Source: Comamonas sp.
GTDB taxonomy: Bacteria > Pseudomonadota > Gammaproteobacteria > Burkholderiales > Burkholderiaceae_C
Assembly (NCBI GenBank): GCA_047606565.1
Contig: JASGEH010000069.1
Location: forward strand, 23,188 to 87,187
Reading direction: 5' to 3'
DNA length: 64,000 nucleotides
Below the pieces are notes generated by a model. It did no database searches. It saw nothing but the letters and a program-made list of their open reading frames with translations, and was not told where the DNA came from. A program made the position numbers and the translations under genes. Of the stretch, positions 51,262-61,469 are shown piece after piece (positions within the stretch are counted from its first letter, which is position 1; each line of letters opens with the position of its first letter).

Positions 51262-52290
51262 ATGCATCTCCTGATCCCGCACGCCAACAGCGCAGCCGAG
51301 CCCGCCCGCGCGCTCTGGCCCACGCTGGCGCTGCCCCACCTGCAAGCCCTGCTGGGCCGGCTTGCGCGCCAGCCCGCCACCGCGTCGGCCACGGCCGAGC
51401 CCCGCCTGAGCATGCCGCACGAGCGCCAGTTGGCCGAACGGCTGGGCCTGCCCACCGACGATGGCCGCATCCCCTACGCCGCCTGGCAGCGCTGGCACAG
51501 CAGCGGCGCAGCCGATGGCACGCCCTGCGCGGTCCTGACGCTGTGCCACTGGCAAGTCACGACCCAGCACGTCAGGCTGCTGCCGCCGGCGCACCTGCCC
51601 TTGACCGCGCAGGAAGACCAGGCCCTGCTGGCAACCCTGTCGGACTTCTTCGCGCCCGATGGGCTGGCCCTGGCGGCCACGGGCCAGCCGGGCCGCTGGT
51701 TCGCCACCGGCGAGCTGTTGCGCGAGCTGCCCTGCGCCTCGCTGGACCGGCTGATCGGCAACGAAGTGGACGCCACCCTGCTGGGCCTGGCCGATCACGC
51801 CGCCGCCCGCACCGTGCGCCGCCTGCAGAACGAAACGCAGATGCTGCTCTACACCCACCCGGTCAACGAGGCGCGCGAGGCCAGCGGCATGCCGCCGGTC
51901 AACGCCTTCGTGCTCAGCGATGCGGGCGCCTGGCAGCCGCCGCCCGGCTACGCCCCGCCCCAACTCACCCATTGGCGCGGCAGCGAAACCGCTGGCAGCC
52001 TGCTGCCGCCCGCCCCCGGCGCCATCCTGCAGGTCGAAACCCTGCGCGACGCCGCCCTGCGCGAGGACTGGCACGGCTGGGCCGCCGCCTGGCAGGCCAT
52101 CGACGCGCAACTGGCCCGGCCCGAGTGGCAGGCCGCCGCCCGCCACCCCGATTTCACGCTGACCCTGTGCGGCGACGAGGCCAGCCCGACCTGGCGCGGC
52201 CAGCAAGCCTCCTCGGCCTGGGGCGCGCTGCTGCAACGCTTCAAGCGCGGCACGGGCGCCGCCGAACTGGATTGGCTCCGACAACTATGA
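51262..52290 (+). CDS. Conserved hypothetical protein (342 aa)
   Basis: Start at 51262 (MHLLIPHANSAAEP…). GC3-rich frame with an ATGA overlap on recJ. I recognised no motif. Confidence 0.6.
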   Translation: MHLLIPHANSAAEPARALWPTLALPHLQALLGRLARQPATASATAEPRLSMPHERQLAERLGLPTDDGRIPYAAWQRWHSSGAADGTPCAVLTLCHWQVTTQHVRLLPPAHLPLTAQEDQALLATLSDFFAPDGLALAATGQPGRWFATGELLRELPCASLDRLIGNEVDATLLGLADHAAARTVRRLQNETQMLLYTHPVNEAREASGMPPVNAFVLSDAGAWQPPPGYAPPQLTHWRGSETAGSLLPPAPGAILQVETLRDAALREDWHGWAAAWQAIDAQLARPEWQAAARHPDFTLTLCGDEASPTWRGQQASSAWGALLQRFKRGTGAAELDWLRQL

Positions 52291-54011
52291 AAATCATCCA
52301 ACGCGACGCGCCGCCCCGCGCCGTCTGGGCGCTGCAGCAAGCCGGCGTCCACCCCCTGCTGGCCCAGCTCTACGCCGCGCGCGGCGTGGTGGCCGCCGAC
52401 GAACTCGACGACGGCATGGCCCGCCTGCTGCCGCCCGCCTCGCTGCTGGGCGCCCAACAGGCCGCCGCGCTGCTGGCCGACACCCTCGCCGCCGGCCGGC
52501 GCATCACCGTGGTGGCCGACTACGACTGCGACGGCGCCACCGCCTGCGCCGTCGCGCTGCGCGGCCTGAAACTGCTGGGCGCCCCGCACGTGCGCTTCAT
52601 CGTGCCCGACCGCGTGACCGACGGCTACGGCCTGTCTGCCCCCATCTCCGAGCGCGTGCACGCGCTCGGCACCGACCTGCTGCTGACGGTGGACAACGGC
52701 ATCGCCAGCCTCGACGGCGTGGCGCGCGCCAAGGCGCTGGGCCTGCAGGTGCTGGTCACCGACCACCACCTGCCCGCGCAAGTGGACGGCCGCGTCGTGC
52801 TGCCCGAGGCCGACGTGCTGGTCAACCCCAACCAGCCCGGCTGCAACTTCGCCAGCAAGCACATCGCCGGCGTCGGCGTGATCTTCTACGTGCTGCTGGC
52901 GCTGCGCGCCGAACTGCGCGCGCGCGGCGTCTTTACCGCCGCCACCCAGCCCAAGCTCGACAGCCTGCTGCCACTGGTGGCGCTGGGCACCGTGGCCGAC
53001 GTGGTCCGGCTCGACGCCAACAACCGCCGCCTGGTCGCGCAGGGCCTGAAGCGCATCCGCGCCGGCGCCCTGCCGCCCGGCATGCTGCAGCTCTTCAACG
53101 TCGCCAGCCGCAAGAGCGAGGCCGCCACCACCTTCGACTTCGGCTTCGCCCTGGGCCCGCGCATCAACGCCGCCGGCCGGCTGGCCGACATGACGGTCGG
53201 CATCGAATGTCTGCTGACCGACGACATGGGCCGCGCCGAGCACCTGGCGCGCCAGCTCGACACCATCAACCGCGAGCGCCGCGACATCGAGGGCGGCATG
53301 CGCGAGCAGGCCCTGCTCGCCGCCGAAACCCTGTTCGACGAGACCGAGACGCCGCCCGCGGCCATCGCCGTCTTCGACCCCGACTTCCACGAAGGCGTGG
53401 TCGGCATCGTCGCCTCGCGCATCAAGGACCGGCTGCACCGCCCTACCTTCGTCTTCGCCGCCAGCCAGGCGCCGGGCCAGGAACACGTCCTCAAGGGCTC
53501 GGGCCGCTCGATCCCGGGCTTCCACCTGCGCGACGCGCTGGACCTCGTCAGCAAGCGCCACCCCGGCCTGCTGCTGCGCTTCGGCGGCCACGCCATGGCG
53601 GCCGGCTGCACCCTGCTCGAAGAAAACTTCGCCACCTTCGAACACGCCTTCGCCCAGGCCGCGCATGAGCTGATCGACAGCGCCAGCCTGCAACGCCGCC
53701 TGGAAACCGACGGCCCGCTGGCGCCCGAGTACTGCCGCACCGACATCGTCGACACCCTGCACCGCGAAGTCTGGGGCCAGGGCTTCGCCCCGCCTACCTT
53801 CAGCGAGGACATCGAGGTGCTGTCGCAGCGGCTGGTCGGCGAAAAACACCTTGCCCTCAAGCTGCGCCACCACGGCCAGCCCATCGACGGCATCTGGTTC
53901 GGCCGCACCGAAAGCCTGCCCGCCCGCGTCCGCCTGGCCTTCCGCATGGAAGCCGACGAATGGCGCGGCGTGCGCAAGGTGCGGTTTCTGGTGGAGGGGG
54001 CGGAGTTGTGA
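52287..54011 (+). CDS. recJ: Single-stranded-DNA-specific exonuclease RecJ
   Basis: DHH motifs (…VVADYDCDGATA…, …LLLTVDNGI…, …VLVTDHHLP…) and a DHHA1-like …GGHAMAAG…. Confidence 0.92.
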   Translation: MKIIQRDAPPRAVWALQQAGVHPLLAQLYAARGVVAADELDDGMARLLPPASLLGAQQAAALLADTLAAGRRITVVADYDCDGATACAVALRGLKLLGAPHVRFIVPDRVTDGYGLSAPISERVHALGTDLLLTVDNGIASLDGVARAKALGLQVLVTDHHLPAQVDGRVVLPEADVLVNPNQPGCNFASKHIAGVGVIFYVLLALRAELRARGVFTAATQPKLDSLLPLVALGTVADVVRLDANNRRLVAQGLKRIRAGALPPGMLQLFNVASRKSEAATTFDFGFALGPRINAAGRLADMTVGIECLLTDDMGRAEHLARQLDTINRERRDIEGGMREQALLAAETLFDETETPPAAIAVFDPDFHEGVVGIVASRIKDRLHRPTFVFAASQAPGQEHVLKGSGRSIPGFHLRDALDLVSKRHPGLLLRFGGHAMAAGCTLLEENFATFEHAFAQAAHELIDSASLQRRLETDGPLAPEYCRTDIVDTLHREVWGQGFAPPTFSEDIEVLSQRLVGEKHLALKLRHHGQPIDGIWFGRTESLPARVRLAFRMEADEWRGVRKVRFLVEGAEL

Positions 54012-54037
54012 GACCGAGGGCGGCCGCAACAAAGGGT

Positions 54038-54916
54038 TCAGCGCCGCCCCATCCCCCTGCTTCCCAGAATGACGTAGACCCCACCCGCCATAATCACCAG
54101 CATCCCCGACAAGGCAAACAGAGAAGGCTCGGCACCAAACACCAGAAAGCCGATCACGGCCGACCACACCAATTGGGTATACGAAAAGGGCGCCAGGCTG
54201 GCAGGACTCCCGCCTTCATAAGCCTTGATCAGCATGAACTGCGCCAAGAAGCCAGACAACCCGAGCGCCCCCAGCAAAATGATGTGCTTCACCTCGAAGC
54301 TCATGGAGTCGACCGACCAGAAGAATGGGACCACAAAACTCATCACCATCGCCCCCACCCCACCCGTCATGACATTCGTCACGACGGGATTTTCAGTGGT
54401 TGCAAACATCCGGGTGAAGATCTGAAATCCCGCATATAGGAGTGCAGCCATCAACGGCAGCAGCCAGGACAACTCAAAGTCGCCATGACCTGGCCTGGTG
54501 ATCAGCAAGACCCCAATAACGCCCATAAACGTGGTGCCCCAGACTCGTCCGCTAACTTTTTCCTTCAAAAAGAAGAAAGTCAAAACGGTCGCAATCAGCG
54601 GTGCCGTGAAATAGAGAGAGGTCAACTCCGCCAAGGGTAGATATTTGGCGCCGTTCATCATGCACAGCGAGACCCCCAGCATCAAAAGGCCACGCACGAC
54701 TTGCGCGCCCATGCGTTGACTCCGGAACATGGCCCCGCCATGCGCTGGAAAGAACACAGCCACGGCCACCAGCGTATGGATGAGATATCGGGCCCAGACC
54801 AGAAAAACAACCGGATAAATTGCCGCCAGATATTTCGTGAGCGCATCGAACACCGCAAAAGCCAAGACAGCGGCCAGCATCCATCCGATGGATGCCCGTC
54901 GATTCATTCGATTCAT
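54038..54916 (-). CDS. EamA/DMT-family transporter
   Basis: 292 aa with about 10 TM segments. GC content is lower than in the surrounding genes. Confidence 0.75.
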   Translation of the reverse strand: MNRMNRRASIGWMLAAVLAFAVFDALTKYLAAIYPVVFLVWARYLIHTLVAVAVFFPAHGGAMFRSQRMGAQVVRGLLMLGVSLCMMNGAKYLPLAELTSLYFTAPLIATVLTFFFLKEKVSGRVWGTTFMGVIGVLLITRPGHGDFELSWLLPLMAALLYAGFQIFTRMFATTENPVVTNVMTGGVGAMVMSFVVPFFWSVDSMSFEVKHIILLGALGLSGFLAQFMLIKAYEGGSPASLAPFSYTQLVWSAVIGFLVFGAEPSLFALSGMLVIMAGGVYVILGSRGMGRR

Positions 54917-55034
54917 GGGCGGGCTGCTCCTGTCCTTCGCTGGTCACACATCAGCGCTCGTTCAAATTATCGCCATCGTTGACAACTTCGTCAACGATGC
55001 TTCAGCCGGCCCCTCTTCCCTCTAGAATTCCCCC

Positions 55035-55616
55035 ATGGTGATGACGCGACAGTTCGATGAGAACGACGTTTTGGAAAAAGTGCTGTCGGTGTTCTGGACC
55101 CGAGGCTGGCTCTCGACCTCCATGAACGATCTGGCACTGGCAACCGGTGTTCAGCGTGGCTCGCTTTACCACGCTTTCGAGAGCAAGGATCGACTCTTCC
55201 GCCTTGCATTCGACCGCTATGCCGCGCGCGTGCTCGACGAGTCGAGAACGGCGCTGGAGGCCCCGACGGCGCGGGCCGCGATCCAGAGCTTCCTGGACGC
55301 ATCGATCCGCCGCATGGTCGGCGACCAGCCGGCTCGCGGCTGCTTCACCACAAAAACCGCACTGGAGGGCGGCGCCCTGAGCGAGGAGACCTTGCAGCGC
55401 TTGCAGGATCTGGTCACGCGCCAGCAACAGCTCCTGATCGAAGCGCTCGCGCGCCAGGAGTGGGAAGACGAGCTCGCCGTCGCACCGGAAACCGCCGCGC
55501 GCCTCATCACCACGCTGACGCGCGGCCTCGCGGTCATCGAGCGCGTCTACCGGGACGTGGACCACTTGCATGCCGTCAGCCAGGACCTGGTGGACCTGCT
55601 GGCGCCGGTCAGGTAA
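55035..55616 (+). CDS. TetR/AcrR-family transcriptional regulator
   Basis: The N-terminal HTH is …FWTRGWLSTSMNDLALATGVQRGSLYHAFESKDRLF…. Confidence 0.85.
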   Translation: MVMTRQFDENDVLEKVLSVFWTRGWLSTSMNDLALATGVQRGSLYHAFESKDRLFRLAFDRYAARVLDESRTALEAPTARAAIQSFLDASIRRMVGDQPARGCFTTKTALEGGALSEETLQRLQDLVTRQQQLLIEALARQEWEDELAVAPETAARLITTLTRGLAVIERVYRDVDHLHAVSQDLVDLLAPVR

Positions 55617-55730
55617 GAGCGAAGCCCAAGGTCATGCAGGCATGCGGCCGGCGTTCCCCATCGAGTCCGGCCTCGCGCGACGGCAGACGCACGAGACCGC
55701 CCTCATCCCAACAGACTCACGTCGCCTTGT

Positions 55731-56135
55731 CTACTTGTGGCTCTTGCTGGCCACGATCGCCTGGATGATGACCGCGATCGGAAGGCCGACCATGGCAACA
55801 CTCACGACAGGATGGGCACCCAGATAGGCGGTCACTCCGGCACCGATCAAGGCGCACAGGGAAATGGTCAGCCCGATCCAGTGGCCACGCCGCGTATCCT
55901 TGACCGTGGCCGCAAGCACCTCTTGGTCGGTCTTGATCCGGTGGGCCTGCTCGGCTTCCACCATGGCCATGATGCGGTTGGCACCGTCCGGGATGATGGC
56001 GTTGAATTGCTGAAGTGCGCCAGGCGGCGGCAAGGGCCCTTCCCACTGCTGGGACTGGACCACCGCGGCCTGCTGCTGGCGTGCCTGCTCAGCGTTTTCT
56101 GGCGGGACGGACTGCCGCTTGGGAGGGGTTTCCAT
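55731..56135 (-). CDS. DUF2335-like membrane protein
   Basis: …WEGPLPPPGALQQFNAIIPDGANRIMAMVEAEQAHRI… followed by two TM segments. The family call is from memory. Confidence 0.55.
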   Translation of the reverse strand: METPPKRQSVPPENAEQARQQQAAVVQSQQWEGPLPPPGALQQFNAIIPDGANRIMAMVEAEQAHRIKTDQEVLAATVKDTRRGHWIGLTISLCALIGAGVTAYLGAHPVVSVAMVGLPIAVIIQAIVASKSHK

Positions 56136-56500
56136 ACGTTCGTTGGATCACCTGGGCAAAGTCCTGCCCAACGCGCCTGACGTCGCCGCGCATACGGCCA
56201 AGGTCGGAGCCTTGAGTGCGCGGATACTCGACAGGCGCTGCAAACGTTGATGGGGCAGAAATACCAGCAACAACGCCCGCGATGACGGCTTGGAAGCGTC
56301 GCATGAGGTTGCTCCTTCTGGACATTGGACTTTCATTCTAGTCGAGTCCTCCCAAGACCCCCGTCATCAACAGGCCGGCACATCAAGCAAAACCGCCTCC
56401 ACACCCGCCACATAAGCAACGACAGTTTTCACATTTGGGCAGCCCCCGTGCCCAGTCAAAAATCGCGGCCCCGGCACCTTGCCCCTTGTGAAAGACCGCC

Positions 56501-57478
56501 ATGCCCACCTCCCATCCCACCCGGCGCCGCGCCGCCACGTCTCTGTTCGCCGGAACGCTAGCGCTGGCCATGCCGCTGGCCGGCCGGGCCCAGCCGGCCA
56601 AGACCTTGCGCATCGGCTACCAGAAGTCGTCCACGCTCATCACCATCCTCAAGGCCCAGCGCACGCTGGAGGAGCAGCTCGCACCCCGGGGCGTGCAGGT
56701 CTCGTGGCACGAATTCACCAGCGGCCAGCCGCTGCTCGAAGCCCTCAACACCGGCAACGTCGACCTCAGCGCCGACGTCGCCGACACCGTGCCGCTGTTC
56801 GCCCAGGCCGTCGGTGCCGAGCTGACCTACTACGCGCGCGAAAGCCCGGCCCCGGCGGCCCAGGCCATCGTCGTGCGCGAGGACTCGCCGATCCGCACGG
56901 CGGCCGACCTCAAGGGCAAGAAGATCGGCTTCGCCAAGGCGGCCGGCGCCCACTACCTGGTGCTGGCCGTGCTGGAGCGCGCCGGGCTGAAGCTCAGCGA
57001 CATCCAGCCCGCCTACCTGACCCCGGCCGACGGCCGCGCCGCCTTCGACCGTGGCGCCATCGACGCCTGGGCGATCTGGGACCCCTTCTACGCCGCCGTG
57101 CAGTTGCAGGACAAGGTGCGCGTGCTGGCCGACGGCAGCGGCGGACTGGCCAGCTACGCGCGCTACTACCTGGCCGCCAGCCGCTACGCCCAGGCCAACC
57201 CCGAGACCGTGCGCACGGTGTTCGAGGCGTTGCGCGCCGCCGGCACCTGGGCCAAGCGCGACCCGGCCGCGGCTGCCGCGCTGCTGGCGCCGATCTGGGG
57301 CATCGACCGCGCCATCATCGAAACCGCCAACGCCCGCCGCAGCTACGACATCCAGCCCGTGCGCGCCGACAACCTGGCCGACCAGCAGCGCATCGCCGAC
57401 GCCTTCTTCGCCGAAAAGCTGCTGCCGCGCAAGGTCATCGCCGCCGACGCCCGTATCTGGACGCCGCCGGGGTCTTGA
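56501..57478 (+). CDS. Sulfonate/nitrate/taurine-type (SsuA-like) ABC substrate-binding protein
   Basis: Tat-like signal (TRRRAATSLFAGTLALA). …LRIGYQKSSTLITILKAQRTLEEQL… and …IDAWAIWDPFYA… are typical of SsuA/NMT1-type binding proteins. Confidence 0.75.
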   Translation: MPTSHPTRRRAATSLFAGTLALAMPLAGRAQPAKTLRIGYQKSSTLITILKAQRTLEEQLAPRGVQVSWHEFTSGQPLLEALNTGNVDLSADVADTVPLFAQAVGAELTYYARESPAPAAQAIVVREDSPIRTAADLKGKKIGFAKAAGAHYLVLAVLERAGLKLSDIQPAYLTPADGRAAFDRGAIDAWAIWDPFYAAVQLQDKVRVLADGSGGLASYARYYLAASRYAQANPETVRTVFEALRAAGTWAKRDPAAAAALLAPIWGIDRAIIETANARRSYDIQPVRADNLADQQRIADAFFAEKLLPRKVIAADARIWTPPGS

Positions 57479-57511
57479 GCCCGCACCGGGCGGAGCCGGC
57501 CACCCGCCGCC

Positions 57512-58129
57512 TCACTCGTGCAGCGACTCCAGCGCCTTCGGCGACATCGCCCCGAAGTCCGGCGACGAGCGCCAGCGGCGCAGGGCCTTGAGGAAGAACA
57601 TGCTGTTGGGAATCTGCAGGTAGGCGCCCTTGGACTCCTCGCCGCCCATGTCCAGCAGCGTGGTGTAGAGCAGGTTGACCGTCACCACCCGGCCCTTGAG
57701 GCCGGGCTTGTCGCCGGTTTCCATGATCTCCAGCACGTCGCCGACGCGAAACGGCGCGCTGGTGAAGATCAGGAAGGCGCAGAACAGGTTGGAGAGCACG
57801 CTCCAGGCCGCGAAGAAGGCCACCGCCGCCATCGCGGCGAAGCCGGTCAAGGCCGTCCACAGCACCGTCACCGACACGCCCACGCGTTCCATCACCATCA
57901 GCGCGGCGGCCAGCACGATGACCCAGCCGGCCAGCGTGCTCAGCGGCACCAGGAAATCCAGCGGCACCTGGTAGCGCGTGCCCAGCCGGTGCACCACGCG
58001 CCGCAGCAGCCGGCGCAGCGCCCACGCCACCGCCACGATCAGCAGGATCTGCAGCCCGACACCGATGGCCTGCAGCCACGGCAGCGCCCACAGGGGCAGA
58101 AAGTCACGGATCATCTCGGTCAGGCTCAC
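57512..58129 (-). CDS. Small-conductance mechanosensitive channel family protein (MscS-like)
   Basis: 205 aa with three TM segments, then …FRVGDVLEI…GRVVTVNLLYTTL…, the MscS beta-domain signature. Confidence 0.7.
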   Translation of the reverse strand: MSLTEMIRDFLPLWALPWLQAIGVGLQILLIVAVAWALRRLLRRVVHRLGTRYQVPLDFLVPLSTLAGWVIVLAAALMVMERVGVSVTVLWTALTGFAAMAAVAFFAAWSVLSNLFCAFLIFTSAPFRVGDVLEIMETGDKPGLKGRVVTVNLLYTTLLDMGGEESKGAYLQIPNSMFFLKALRRWRSSPDFGAMSPKALESLHE

Positions 58130-58191
58130 GGCAATTCACTCCTTCGGGCAACGGCGCCGACTGTAACAACACGGCGCGAACGTCGAAGCAG

Positions 58192-58211
58192 TACTGTATG
58201 TTTGTATAGTT
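58192..58211. promoter_or_regulatory. Candidate LexA (SOS) box with one core mismatch
   Basis: TACTGTATGTTTGTATAGTT compared with TACTG(TA)5CAGTA gives CTGT-N8-ATAG instead of ACAG. It lies 34 nt upstream of the DUF1016 nuclease gene. Confidence 0.35.
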
Positions 58212-58244
58212 CGGCATGATCCAAGAAGCAACCCGGCAACCTTC

Positions 58245-59276
58245 ATGAACCAGCCTCCCGCAACCACTGCCAGCGGCCTGTACACCGAGCTGCGTACGCT
58301 CATCGCCAGCAGCCGCCAGCGCCTGGCCACGGCGGTGAATGCGGAACTGACCCGCCTGTACTGGGCCGTGGGCCAGCGACTGAACACCGAAGTGCTGGGC
58401 GGCGAACGCGCCAGCTACGGCAGCCAGTTGCTCGACCAACTCGGCCAACAACTGGCCCAGGAGTTCGGGCGCGGCTTCGAGGCCCGCAACCTGCGCCGCA
58501 TGCTGAAATTCGCCCAGGCATTCCCGGATGCCGAGATTGTGTCGACACTGTCGGCACAATTGAGCTGGAGCCACCTGGTGGCCATCGTTGCTCTCAAGAG
58601 CACCGAAGCACGGCAGTTCTACGCCTCGCAGGCCGCGCAAGAACGCTGGAGCGTGCGCGAACTGGCCCGCCAGATCGAGCGCAAGGCTTTCGAGCGCAAC
58701 GCCATTGTCCGGACGCAGGCCCCGCCCTCTCACCTGGATACCTCCGCCAGCCCTGTCTTCAAGGACCCCTATTTCCTGGACTTCCTGGGCTTGCGCCAAG
58801 GGCATGACGAGGCGGACCTCGAAAACGCCATCCTGCGCCAACTGGAGTCTTTCATCCTGGAGTTGGGCCGGGGCTTTGCCTTCGTCGAACGCCAAAAACG
58901 CATGATCATCGATGGCGACGACTTCTACCTCGATCTGCTTTTCTACCACCGCGGCCTGCGCCGCCTGGTCGCCATCGAACTGAAACTGGGCCGTTTCAAG
59001 GCCGCCCATAAGGGCCAAATGGAACTGTACTTGAAGTGGCTGGACAAGTTCGAGCGCCAACCGGGCGAGGAAGCGCCCATCGGGCTCATCTTGTGCGCCG
59101 AATCCAGCCGCGAGCAGGTCGAGCTTTTGCAAATGCACAAGGACGGCATCACCGTGGCCGAATACTGGACCGAACTTCCCCCCAAGGCGGAACTGGCGCG
59201 ACAGCTGCATCAAGCGCTGACTGAAGCACGTGAACGGCTGGCACAGCGCGGCATCGTCCTCAAGGACGACCACTGA
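58245..59276 (+). CDS. DUF1016 / YhcG-like PD-(D/E)XK nuclease family protein
   Basis: …RLYWAVGQRLNTEVLGGERASYGSQLLDQLGQQLAQEFGRGFEARNLRRMLKF… and …DLLFYHRGLRRLVAIELKLG… are typical of DUF1016. Confidence 0.8.
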   Translation: MNQPPATTASGLYTELRTLIASSRQRLATAVNAELTRLYWAVGQRLNTEVLGGERASYGSQLLDQLGQQLAQEFGRGFEARNLRRMLKFAQAFPDAEIVSTLSAQLSWSHLVAIVALKSTEARQFYASQAAQERWSVRELARQIERKAFERNAIVRTQAPPSHLDTSASPVFKDPYFLDFLGLRQGHDEADLENAILRQLESFILELGRGFAFVERQKRMIIDGDDFYLDLLFYHRGLRRLVAIELKLGRFKAAHKGQMELYLKWLDKFERQPGEEAPIGLILCAESSREQVELLQMHKDGITVAEYWTELPPKAELARQLHQALTEARERLAQRGIVLKDDH

Positions 59277-59383
59277 CCTGATCTCGCAAACGCTTGGGCG
59301 CGACCCCATCCAGGCCAGCGAAATCGGCCACGACATGAGCGCCCTATCACCCCGAACCCAACAGTAACAACGGCAAGCAAGGC

Positions 59384-60754
59384 ATGGCCAAAGAAAAAAC
59401 CACCTACGTCTGCAGCGAATGCGGCGGCACCAGCCCGCGCTGGCTGGGCAAGTGCCCGAGCTGCGGTGCCTGGAATTCGCTGATCGAGAGCGTCGCCGCG
59501 CCGGCCAAGGCCGAGAGCAGGAACCGCTTTTCCTCGCTGGCCGGGGCGCAGGCGGCCACCGCGCTGGCCGACATCGAGGCGCGCGACGTCGACCGCACGC
59601 CCACCGGCATCGATGAGCTGGACCGGGTGCTGGGCGGCGGCATCGTCTCGGGCGGGGTGATCCTGATCGGCGGCGATCCGGGCATCGGCAAGTCCACCTT
59701 GCTGCTGCAGGCCGCCGATGCGCTGCAGCGCGCGGGCGTGCCCGTGCTGTACGTGACCGGCGAGGAAAGCGGCGCCCAGGTGGCGCTGCGCTCGCACCGG
59801 CTGGGCATCGAGGCCTCGCAGGTGAAGGTGCAGGCCGAGATCCAGCTCGAACGCATCCTGGCCACCATCGAGGCCGAACGCCCCGCCGTGGCGGTGATCG
59901 ACTCGATCCAGACCATCTACTCCGACCAGCTCACCTCGGCCCCTGGCTCGGTGGCGCAGGTGCGCGAGTGCGCCGCGCAGCTCACCCGCGCGGCCAAGTC
60001 GGGCGGCACCGCCATCGTGCTGGTCGGCCACGTCACCAAGGAAGGCACGCTGGCCGGCCCGCGCGTGCTCGAGCACATCGTCGACACCGTGCTGTACTTC
60101 GAGGGCGACACGCACAGCGCCTTCCGGCTGGTGCGCGCCTTCAAGAACCGCTTTGGCGCGGTCAACGAGATCGGCGTCTTCGCGATGACGGAAAAAGGCC
60201 TCAAGGGCGTTTCCAACCCGAGCGCGATCTTCCTGTCCACCCACAGCGAGCCGGTGCCGGGCTCGTGCGTGCTGGTCACGCTGGAGGGCACGCGGCCGCT
60301 GCTGGTGGAGATCCAGGCGCTGGTCGATGGCGGCGGCCCCAGCCCGCGCCGGCTGTCGGTGGGGCTGGAGCGCGACCGGCTGGCGATGCTGCTGGCGGTG
60401 CTGCACCGGCACGCGGGCGTCAACTGCGCCGACCAGGACGTGTTCGTCAACGCCGTGGGCGGCGTGCGCATCAGCGAACCGGCGGCCGACCTGGCGGTGC
60501 TGCTGGCGATCCAGAGCAGCCTGCGCGGCAAGCCGCTGCCCAAGGGCTTCATCGCTTTCGGTGAAGTCGGCCTGGCCGGCGAGGTGCGCCCCGCCCCGCG
60601 CGGCCAGGAGCGGCTGCGCGAGGCTGCCAAGCTCGGCTTCTCGGTCGCCATCGTGCCCAAGGCCAACGCGCCCAAAAAGCCCATCGAGGGGCTGGCCATC
60701 CATGCCGTCGAGCGGGTGGAGGAGGCGATGTCGCTGGTGCGCGGGCTGGAGTAG
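59384..60754 (+). CDS. radA: DNA repair protein RadA/Sms
   Basis: N-terminal zinc finger (CSECGGTSPRWLGKCPSCGAWN), Walker A (GDPGIGKST), KNRFG motif and a Lon-like C-terminus. Confidence 0.95.
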   Translation: MAKEKTTYVCSECGGTSPRWLGKCPSCGAWNSLIESVAAPAKAESRNRFSSLAGAQAATALADIEARDVDRTPTGIDELDRVLGGGIVSGGVILIGGDPGIGKSTLLLQAADALQRAGVPVLYVTGEESGAQVALRSHRLGIEASQVKVQAEIQLERILATIEAERPAVAVIDSIQTIYSDQLTSAPGSVAQVRECAAQLTRAAKSGGTAIVLVGHVTKEGTLAGPRVLEHIVDTVLYFEGDTHSAFRLVRAFKNRFGAVNEIGVFAMTEKGLKGVSNPSAIFLSTHSEPVPGSCVLVTLEGTRPLLVEIQALVDGGGPSPRRLSVGLERDRLAMLLAVLHRHAGVNCADQDVFVNAVGGVRISEPAADLAVLLAIQSSLRGKPLPKGFIAFGEVGLAGEVRPAPRGQERLREAAKLGFSVAIVPKANAPKKPIEGLAIHAVERVEEAMSLVRGLE

Positions 60755-60794
60755 CGTCCACGCCTGTCTGGGGCCCACGCCGCCGCGTCTGTGC

Positions 60795-61448
60795 TCAGGC
60801 CATCCCCAGCCGCTCCAGCGCCGGCGCCAGCCCCAGCAGCTCCACGGTGCTCACGCCCTGGGCTATCGCCTCGCGCTGCCGGGCTTCCTTTTCCTCGCGC
60901 AGCAAACTGCTGGCCAGGGCCGATTCGACCTCGCCTTGCGGGACGACTACCAGGCCATCTCGGTCGCCCACGATGATGTCGCCCGGATGGATCAGCGCAT
61001 CGCCGATGACGATGGGCACGTTGACCCGGCCCGGCTGGTTCTTGCCCGTGCCCTTGATCGACAGGCCCCGGCAAAACACGGGAAAGCCCAGTTCGATGAT
61101 GAGGTTGGCATCCCTCACGCAGCCGTTGATGACCAGGCCGGCGATGCCGCGCTGCATGGCCTGGACGGTCAGCACATCGCCCCATGGCCCGGCCTCCATG
61201 AAGGCCTTGGCATCGACCACCAGCACGTCGCCCGATCGTGCTTTCAGCACGGCGTAGTGCAGGACGAGGTTGTCGCCGGGCCGAGCCTCGACGGTGCAGG
61301 CGGGCCCGGCCAGGCGCACGGCGGGATCGAGCGGCTTGAGTCCATGATCGAGCGCACCTTTGGCGCCCTGGGCTTCGTAGAGGGTGGCGGCGCCCAGGGC
61401 GCGCAGTTGGGCCAGTTGTTCGGATCGGGCCATCATGTTTCCAATCAA
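60795..61448 (-). CDS. RraA-family protein (4-hydroxy-4-methyl-2-oxoglutarate aldolase / RraA-like)
   Basis: …GDVLVVDAKAFMEAGPWGDVLTVQAMQRGIAGLVINGCVRD… is typical of RraA/HMG aldolase. Confidence 0.75.
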   Translation of the reverse strand: MIGNMMARSEQLAQLRALGAATLYEAQGAKGALDHGLKPLDPAVRLAGPACTVEARPGDNLVLHYAVLKARSGDVLVVDAKAFMEAGPWGDVLTVQAMQRGIAGLVINGCVRDANLIIELGFPVFCRGLSIKGTGKNQPGRVNVPIVIGDALIHPGDIIVGDRDGLVVVPQGEVESALASSLLREEKEARQREAIAQGVSTVELLGLAPALERLGMA

Positions 61449-61469
61449 AAGGGAGGTGAATCGAGCGCT

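Noticed and set aside
56089-56325. 78-aa ORF (MSRRSNLMRRFQAVIAGVVAGISAPSTFAAP…) with a signal-peptide-like N-terminus upstream of the DUF2335-like gene.
   Set aside because: It overlaps the DUF2335-like gene by 47 nt and shows no recognisable family or clear ribosome-binding site. I could not separate it from chance, so it is not listed as a feature.
54038-56330. A lower-GC host stretch (EamA transporter, TetR regulator, DUF2335-like protein) as a possible small genomic islet.
   Set aside because: No flanking repeats, mobility genes or tRNA are present, and the content is ordinary (transporter plus cognate regulator). The compositional dip alone is insufficient evidence.
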